Shown: positions 37,508 to 43,321 of the stretch, one piece after another
How the letters are laid out: the number at the start of each line of letters is the position of its first letter
Numbering within the stretch: position 1 is the first letter of the stretch
Origin: Candidatus Pacearchaeota archaeon
GTDB lineage: Archaea > Nanobdellota > Nanobdellia > Pacearchaeales > GW2011-AR1
Length of the DNA stretch: 43,321 nt
Direction: 5' to 3'
Assembly: GCA_050124795.1 (NCBI GenBank)
Contig: JASFEO010000010.1
Span: forward strand, 1-43,321
Notes under the pieces: generated by a model
Database searches by the model: none
Told to the model about the DNA's origin: nothing
Seen by the model: the letters and a program-made list of their open reading frames with translations, nothing else
Translations under genes and position numbers: made by a program

Positions 37508-37834
37508 ATGAGATTTGAATTTAAAAGAGGAAAAAAGAAGTTTAAAATTAACGCGCATAAATGTAATATTTCGAGTACTGGGCTTATGTTTAAAAGACGA
37601 AAAAATGCAAAGGCACTAATTTTTAATTTTAAGAAATCTTCGAGAATGGCACTAACTTCGCTTTTTGTTTTTTTTGAATTTTTGGTTTTATGGCTTGATG
37701 AAAGAGATAATGTTGTTGATATGAAAATTTGTAAACCATGGAAAGTTTATATTAACACAAAAAAATCTTTTTCAAAAATTCTTGAAATTCCTAAAAATAA
37801 AAAATATGAGAAAATCATAAAAAAATTAATCTGA
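37508..37834 (+). CDS. DUF192 (UPF0127) family protein
   Basis: GLMF...LIF...FVFF..LVLWLD...VVD...KPW...ILEIP. Confidence 0.8.
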   Translation: MRFEFKRGKKKFKINAHKCNISSTGLMFKRRKNAKALIFNFKKSSRMALTSLFVFFEFLVLWLDERDNVVDMKICKPWKVYINTKKSFSKILEIPKNKKYEKIIKKLI

Positions 37835-38341
37835 TTTTCTTTTTTCTAATTCTTTTTTTACTTTATCAAAATATTCTTCTGCAACCATGTAGCCAATGCA
37901 ATTAGGACAGCCGCACTTGCATGGAAAGTCTTCGAAAGATTCAAATGAATAGCCATAGTTAACTGTTAGTTCTTCTTCAGGATTTATATCTTTTGCTGCA
38001 ACAAGCCAGATTTCACCGTCGACATCTATGAATTCTACATTGGGCTCGCACGAATGGTTTGCGAATTTTCCAATGTTCCAGTCAAAGTCTCCGTCGATAT
38101 CGTATTTTTTGTTTAATTCAAAAATATAATTTTCTCCTGTGTTAAAAGGGTCTTTTTCTGCCTCATCATATTTAGAATAAATTCTTTTTTCAGATTGTTT
38201 TTTTGAGACAAGTTCTCCTCCATACTGAATTATTTCTGTTCCTTTTTTTATTTCACTTTTTGTAAAAAGGCCTCTGCTATGAATTCCTGAATTTCTTACT
38301 TCAAGAAAATTTGGTATTTTTGGTCTGATTAATTTTTGCAT
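37826..38341 (-). CDS. SET-domain protein-lysine N-methyltransferase with post-SET motif
   Basis: SGIHSRGLF, FANHSCEPN, EELTVNYG, CKCGCPNC; start moved to ATG 38341. Confidence 0.92.
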   Translation of the reverse strand: MQKLIRPKIPNFLEVRNSGIHSRGLFTKSEIKKGTEIIQYGGELVSKKQSEKRIYSKYDEAEKDPFNTGENYIFELNKKYDIDGDFDWNIGKFANHSCEPNVEFIDVDGEIWLVAAKDINPEEELTVNYGYSFESFEDFPCKCGCPNCIGYMVAEEYFDKVKKELEKRKSD

Positions 38342-38388
38342 AAGGGACTTTAGAGAATTTGTGTTTTTAAACTTTATTAGAAGTTTTC

Positions 38389-38901
38389 TCAATGCCCAGG
38401 ACAAAGAATTTTGTATTTGACTTTTGATAAAACTTCTAATGATTTTTTCATATCTACCTCACTTCCTCCTTCTAAATCCATTCTTCCGATCCCGCCATTG
38501 TGAAAAATTGTGTCTCCTGAAAATAAAACATCGTCATAGAGAATGCAGAAACTCCCTTTTGTGTGTCCAGGTGTTTTAATTATTTTAAATTCAGGGATTT
38601 TTAATTCATCAATTGGGATTATTTTTTCATCTGAAAATTCTAATTTGCTTGCAAAAATTTTTGCATTTGTGAAAAGAGAAATATTTCCGACATGGTCAAA
38701 GTGATTATGAGTTAAAATTAAGATGTCAATGTTTTCAGGAACTAAATTTAATTTTTCTAAATCCTCAATTAGTTCTTTGCGGTTTGCTTTACTTCCAGTA
38801 TCAATTATTATATTTTTATTTTTTAGTTTTATTAAATAAACTAATGAACCAAATTGTGAAAATTCAAAAGAGGAAATATTTTGTTTTATTTTTTTTATCA
38901 T
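38389..38901 (-). CDS. MBL-fold metallo-hydrolase
   Basis: THNHFDH, TPGHT, FSGD, CPGH. Confidence 0.93.
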   Translation of the reverse strand: MIKKIKQNISSFEFSQFGSLVYLIKLKNKNIIIDTGSKANRKELIEDLEKLNLVPENIDILILTHNHFDHVGNISLFTNAKIFASKLEFSDEKIIPIDELKIPEFKIIKTPGHTKGSFCILYDDVLFSGDTIFHNGGIGRMDLEGGSEVDMKKSLEVLSKVKYKILCPGH

Positions 38902-38949
38902 GAAAAGATAATTGCAAATTAATATAAAGGCTTTGCGGTTTTGCTATTT

Positions 38950-39162
38950 ATGAAAATTAATATCAAAGTAAAAACTAATTCAGGGAAACAAGAGGTTGAA
39001 AAAATGGGTGAAGATGAATATTTAGTTTTTGTAAAAGCAGTCCCTGAAAATAACAAAGCAAATTTAGAAGTTGAAAAAGTCTTAAGAAAATATTTTAAAA
39101 AAGATGTTAAGATTCTTAGAGGGAAAACTTCTAAGAGGAAAGTTGCGGAGGTTGAAGAATGA
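38950..39162 (+). CDS. DUF167 (YggU) family protein
   Basis: VKAVPENNKAN...ILRGKTSKRK. Confidence 0.88.
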   Translation: MKINIKVKTNSGKQEVEKMGEDEYLVFVKAVPENNKANLEVEKVLRKYFKKDVKILRGKTSKRKVAEVEE

Positions 39163-39644
39163 AGATAATAATTGTAGATAAAGAAGATAATGTAATTGGC
39201 TCGAAAGAAAGAGGGAATATTGACTATGAAAAAGATATTTACAGGGTATCTGCATTATGGATTACAAATACTAAAGGGAAAATTCTCCTTGCAAGAAGAG
39301 CATTTAATAAAAAACAAAATCCTGGGAAATGGGGGCCTGCTGTTGCAGGAACAAATGATGAAGGAGAGACTTATGAATCAAATATTATCAAAGAAGCAGA
39401 AGAAGAATTAGGATTAAAAAACATTAAACCGCAGAAAGGGGTGAAAGAACTTGTTGAGGGCAAATATACTCATTTTACACAATGGTTTTATTTGGTTATT
39501 GATAAGAATATTAAGGAATTTAATTACTTGAAAAAAGAGGTTGCCGAGATAGAATGGTTCACAAAAGAGGAAGTTTTAAACTTAATTAAAATTAACTCCG
39601 ACGAAGTTTTAAAAGAAATGAAAAATTGGATAAATTTATTTTAA
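39159..39644 (+). CDS. NUDIX hydrolase (IDI-like subfamily)
   Basis: AGTNDEGETYESNIIKEAEEELG Nudix box. Confidence 0.88.
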   Translation: MKIIIVDKEDNVIGSKERGNIDYEKDIYRVSALWITNTKGKILLARRAFNKKQNPGKWGPAVAGTNDEGETYESNIIKEAEEELGLKNIKPQKGVKELVEGKYTHFTQWFYLVIDKNIKEFNYLKKEVAEIEWFTKEEVLNLIKINSDEVLKEMKNWINLF

Positions 39645-39645
39645 A

Positions 39646-40044
39646 ATGAAATACGAATTTGCAGAAGATTTACAAGTTATCGCAGAAGAAATTTCAAAAA
39701 TGCTTTTTCCTCATGTTGATATAGAGAGAGTGAAATGCTTTAGAAGTTTTGGAACATCGTCGAGGAGAACAATCGCAAGGTGTCACGCTCTTGGAAAACT
39801 TATGCAAAAAGCAATTGGAATAAAAGCAGTTTATGCTTTGGAATTTTTGCATGAAAGATTTGATAAATTAGATAATGAGGAAAAAATAAAAACAATTATT
39901 CATGAACTTATGCACATCCCAAAAACTTTTGGCGGAGGTTTCAAGCACCACGACCATGTTACAGATAGAAATGTTAATTTAATGTATAAAACTTATATGA
40001 ACCTGAAAAAAGAGCGTGAAGGATTGGGAAAGTGGTTTAGATGA
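39646..40044 (+). CDS. Putative zinc metallopeptidase (archaeal HEXXH family)
   Basis: IIHELMHIPKTFGGG. Confidence 0.82.
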   Translation: MKYEFAEDLQVIAEEISKMLFPHVDIERVKCFRSFGTSSRRTIARCHALGKLMQKAIGIKAVYALEFLHERFDKLDNEEKIKTIIHELMHIPKTFGGGFKHHDHVTDRNVNLMYKTYMNLKKEREGLGKWFR

Positions 40045-40049
40045 GAAAT

Positions 40050-40583
40050 TTAAGGAGATCTTTTTTTGTTGCGGAAAGTTATTGTAACTCCCCCCAATGG
40101 ATTATTTATCCAATCGTATATAACATTGCATTTTTTCAAATATTCCTCAGCTATCTTTATGCTATTTTGCCATTTAATTTGTTCATTATAATCTTTTAAT
40201 GATTCTAAAAACCAATCAGTTGTGCTTTGATGTGTGACGAGTCTTTTTATTCCATGCCCCCGAATAGCATTTGCGCAAGAATAACAAGGTGTCCAGGTAC
40301 AATAAATTGTACTGCCTTTAAGTGATTCTGAGTGTCCTTTATCTATCGCAGTATAGATTCCATCTTTTTCAGCATGGTCAAGATAAATATACTTCTCGGG
40401 AGGATTGCATAAATCTTTTTCCATTCTTAATTCTTTTGGCAATCTTGTTGCACCCCTTGCAATTATATCTCCTCTATTACTGACTAAAACTATTCCTGAT
40501 TGTGTATTAGGGTCTTCTGACAAATCTCTTGCTGCTTTAAATGCTTCTCGCAAAAAATAAATGTCTTGCTCTTTTTGATTCAT
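40050..40583 (-). CDS. dCMP/cytidine deaminase family protein
   Basis: SEDPNTQSG, HAE, PCYSC. Confidence 0.88.
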   Translation of the reverse strand: MNQKEQDIYFLREAFKAARDLSEDPNTQSGIVLVSNRGDIIARGATRLPKELRMEKDLCNPPEKYIYLDHAEKDGIYTAIDKGHSESLKGSTIYCTWTPCYSCANAIRGHGIKRLVTHQSTTDWFLESLKDYNEQIKWQNSIKIAEEYLKKCNVIYDWINNPLGGVTITFRNKKRSP

Positions 40584-40633
40584 TAAAAAATAATTCAAGG
40601 ATAATTTATAAAGATTTATGTGTTAGAAAATAT

Positions 40634-41620
40634 ATGCCAATCATCCTAGGAATTGAATCAACTGCGCACACCTTCGGAGTTGCAATTGTAAAAAATAAAA
40701 AAATTTTAGCAAATGTGAAAAGGAGTTTTACAACTAAAAAAGGGGAAGGAGGAATGATTCCAATTGTTGTTGCAAGGTTTCATAATGAGAATAAAAATGA
40801 AATTTATAATGAGGCATTGAAGGTTGCAGGAATTAAAGAGGAGGAAATTGATGCAATTAGTTTTTCTCAGGGTCCGGGTTTAGCTCCGTGTTTGCTTGTT
40901 GGAATGCGTTTTGCAAAAGAACTTTCGAGAAAATTAAATGTTCCAATTGTTGGGGTTAATCACTGCATTGCGCATTTGGAAATTGGGAGGGCAACTGGGG
41001 CACGTGACCCAGTCATGCTTTATGCATCTGGTGCGAACACGCAAGTTATTGCCTATTCCTCGGGAAAGTATAGAATTTTTGGAGAGACTTTGGATATTGG
41101 AATTGGGAATTTTATTGATACAATTGCGCGGAGTATGAATTTAGGGTTTCCAGGAGGACCAAAGTTAGAAGAACTTGCAAAGTCTGGAAAAAATTATATT
41201 GAACTTCCATATTCTGTTAAAGGAATGGATATTGCTCTTTCAGGAATTCAAACTAAAATTCGACAGCTTTTGAAGAAAAATTATTCAAAAAAAGATTTAG
41301 CTTATTCAATGCAAGAAACAGTTTTTGCAATGTTAGTTGAAGTTAGTGAACGCGCACTTGCACACACTGGTAAAAAAGAATTATTATTGGGCGGGGGAGT
41401 TGCATGCAATAAAAGGCTGCAGAAAATGTGCAAAATAATGTGCAGAGAACGGGGAGCAAAATTATTTATTCTAAAAAATGAATTGCTTGTTGACAATGCT
41501 GCAATGATTGCATATTTAGGAGAGATAATGTTTAGGAGAGGGATTTATGAAAAAGACCTAAAGAAAGTTGATATTCATCCCAGGGAGAGAACTGATAATG
41601 TTAAAGTTAGATTGGAGTAA
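40634..41620 (+). CDS. kae1: tRNA N6-adenosine threonylcarbamoyltransferase Kae1
   Basis: LGIESTAHT, QGPGLAPCL, NHCIAHLE, GGGVACN, DNAAMIA; start moved to ATG 40634. Confidence 0.96.
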   Translation: MPIILGIESTAHTFGVAIVKNKKILANVKRSFTTKKGEGGMIPIVVARFHNENKNEIYNEALKVAGIKEEEIDAISFSQGPGLAPCLLVGMRFAKELSRKLNVPIVGVNHCIAHLEIGRATGARDPVMLYASGANTQVIAYSSGKYRIFGETLDIGIGNFIDTIARSMNLGFPGGPKLEELAKSGKNYIELPYSVKGMDIALSGIQTKIRQLLKKNYSKKDLAYSMQETVFAMLVEVSERALAHTGKKELLLGGGVACNKRLQKMCKIMCRERGAKLFILKNELLVDNAAMIAYLGEIMFRRGIYEKDLKKVDIHPRERTDNVKVRLE

Positions 41621-41622
41621 GA

Positions 41623-42225
41623 TTAATCAAATTCCTCTTTAAGATATTTTTTAAAATCCATTTTATAATATCTCCCATAAACCGCAACCCTTGTTCTTGG
41701 CCGGTACATATCAAGAAAGTCTACAACATCTGCTCTGAATTTATGATTGATCCCGGTTATTGCTTTTAAGAAAACCTCGGGGTGGATTACTGCTGAACCC
41801 ATGTTTATATAATGAAAAGTTTTTTCACGGAATCTTTTTTTTAATTTTTCAAAATCCTGTTTGCATCTTTTAGCAATAACTTCCCAATTGTCGTCGAACA
41901 TTTGCCAATAATCGCAGCCAAGAGCAGTAAACAAAAGAACAGAGATATTGTTGTCTTCGCATAATCTCGCGAATGAACCAACTGGCGCAGGTTTATTTCC
42001 TTTTAAGTATTCCCAAAAATATTTTGAAGTGTATTCTAGTTTTTCTGTTGAATGGATTAATTCACTTATTGGAACAGAAGTATAGTTTTCAAGAGCAAGC
42101 TGAAAATCATGAAAAAGGGCTCCGCCATTAAACATAACCATTTCTATTTTGTTGATTCTTTTTTTTAGTTCTTCGCCTGCTCCTGTTTTTATTACTGCCC
42201 CGCCGATTGCAATTATTTTTTTCAT
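41623..42225 (-). CDS. Hypothetical protein, deoxyhypusine-synthase-like fold
   Basis: IGGAVIK, NGGALFHDF, NMGSAVIHPEVFLKA motifs. Confidence 0.6.
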   Translation of the reverse strand: MKKIIAIGGAVIKTGAGEELKKRINKIEMVMFNGGALFHDFQLALENYTSVPISELIHSTEKLEYTSKYFWEYLKGNKPAPVGSFARLCEDNNISVLLFTALGCDYWQMFDDNWEVIAKRCKQDFEKLKKRFREKTFHYINMGSAVIHPEVFLKAITGINHKFRADVVDFLDMYRPRTRVAVYGRYYKMDFKKYLKEEFD

Positions 42226-42226
42226 T

Positions 42227-43048
42227 TTAATAAATTTTAATCTTCCCCTCCTGCCAATCTTTTAAAATTTTTCTTGCAACTTTATCCCCGTCAACTGCGC
42301 CTTGTTTTTTTAAGAGATTTAATTTTCTTCCAAGTTTTTCAATTAAAATTTCTGAATCTTTTTTTGCAACTATCATATAAAATTTTTCAATTTGTTTTGA
42401 GTAATCTTTCATTAAGTTATTTACAACTATTTCAGGATCTTTAATTTTATTGTAATCCCGTGCGCTTACTTTTGCATGCTCTGAAATTTTCTTAATACTG
42501 GTTTGTGAATATTCTTCAATTGGAATTACTCCGGGGCTGTCAAGTAATAATATTTCATTTGTTAATTTTATTTTTTGAATTCCTTTTGTAAACCCCGCCA
42601 TGTTAGAAGTTTTTGCCGACGACTTTCCCCCTAATAAATTTATTATTGAACTTTTTCCTGAATTTGGATAACCAATCACTCCGACTTGTGTCCTTTTATA
42701 ATTTTTTTGATTTGGGAGTTTACTACTTTCAATTTTTATTCTATCTCTTAATTCTCTTGAGCCTGTTCTGTTTTTACATGATACAAATACATAAGGAATT
42801 AATCCTCCCGGGATTTTTTTATTTGCCAAGTCAGACTTGTTTAAAACATAAATTATTTTTTTTCCTTTTTTACGAATTAAATTTTCAATTTTTTTGTTTC
42901 TTGTTTCACTGACAAATCTTGAATCCAAAACCTCAAGGATAATATCTGAAACTTCCACAACATGCAGCAAGATGTCAGAAAATTTTTGTTTTTGTTTTTT
43001 TATATTTTTTAATTTCTTGCATCCTCTGAGCTGTCTTTTTGTTGGCAT
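42227..43048 (-). CDS. Circularly permuted ribosome biogenesis GTPase (RbgA/YlqF-like)
   Basis: G4 NKSD precedes G1 GYPNSGKS, G2 GFT and G3 DSPG. Confidence 0.92.
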   Translation of the reverse strand: MPTKRQLRGCKKLKNIKKQKQKFSDILLHVVEVSDIILEVLDSRFVSETRNKKIENLIRKKGKKIIYVLNKSDLANKKIPGGLIPYVFVSCKNRTGSRELRDRIKIESSKLPNQKNYKRTQVGVIGYPNSGKSSIINLLGGKSSAKTSNMAGFTKGIQKIKLTNEILLLDSPGVIPIEEYSQTSIKKISEHAKVSARDYNKIKDPEIVVNNLMKDYSKQIEKFYMIVAKKDSEILIEKLGRKLNLLKKQGAVDGDKVARKILKDWQEGKIKIY

Positions 43049-43098
43049 TAAGAAATAAAGAATGAGGAGTATATAAAAGTTAATCTAAGATGTGAGAG

Positions 43099-43171
43099 CG
43101 CCCCGACCGAGATTCGAACTCGGGTCACTGCCTTGAAAGGGCAGCATACTTGGCCTCTGTACTATCGGGGC
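43099..43171 (-). tRNA. tRNA-Glu(TTC), no intron, CCA not encoded
   Basis: GCCCCGATAGTACAGAGGCCAAGTATGCTGCCCTTTCAAGGCAGTGACCCGAGTTCGAATCTCGGTCGGGGCG folds as a cloverleaf. Confidence 0.95.
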
Positions 43172-43221
43172 ATAAAAATACTTGTCCAATTTAGTTTTTA
43201 AAGATTATTATCTTATAAAAG

Positions 43222-43321
43222 TGTGCTCCCACCTGACATATGTCGTAGGCTAAAATAACAAACTAAAATCATTATAAACTTCATCAGGAGTTTTTCTTTT
43301 TAGGCTCGTGTGAGGTCGAAA
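43222..43321 (-). mobile_element. Right end of an IS481/IS3-like insertion sequence (partial)
   Basis: Minus-strand frame 43321-43250 reads FRPHTSLKRKTPDEVYNDFSLLF*, typical of an rve integrase C-terminus; candidate end TGTGCTCCCACCTGACA. Confidence 0.7.

Noticed and set aside
3523-42912. Numerous 60-140 aa antisense or alternate-frame ORFs inside real genes
   Set aside because: Shadow ORFs overlapping well-supported CDSs, with no motifs

Overview
AT-rich, gene-dense window from a small-genome archaeon, most likely DPANN (Pacearchaeota/Woesearchaeota-like; inferred from gene content and from TATA boxes sitting 21 nt upstream of many start codons). Housekeeping genes: thrS (archaeal N-terminal editing domain), serS, elp3, kae1, an RbgA/YlqF-like GTPase and tRNA-Glu(TTC). 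Other content: purine salvage genes (an MTAP-APRT fusion and a PfkB kinase), a bacterial-type dnaG/nuclease/exonuclease/Zn-finger operon, a C25 protease locus, a ~9 kb surface-protein cluster with a MoxR-DUF58-vWA module, and the end of an IS481/IS3-like element at the right edge. The most striking observation is that both aminoacyl-tRNA synthetase genes are preceded by unannotated short ORFs rich in the cognate amino acid, each with its own TATA box. These are MTYTFLTKTTKTTKA (7 Thr of 15) before thrS and MRNKSMNSGSVSSSSSY (8 Ser of 17) before serS. This suggests leader-peptide, ribosome-mediated attenuation in an archaeon. Also notable: a triplicated 43-47 bp hairpin+TATA element separating four genes, and an unannotated ribbon-helix-helix gene with a helically phased operator array directly upstream of a 1358-aa surface protein.
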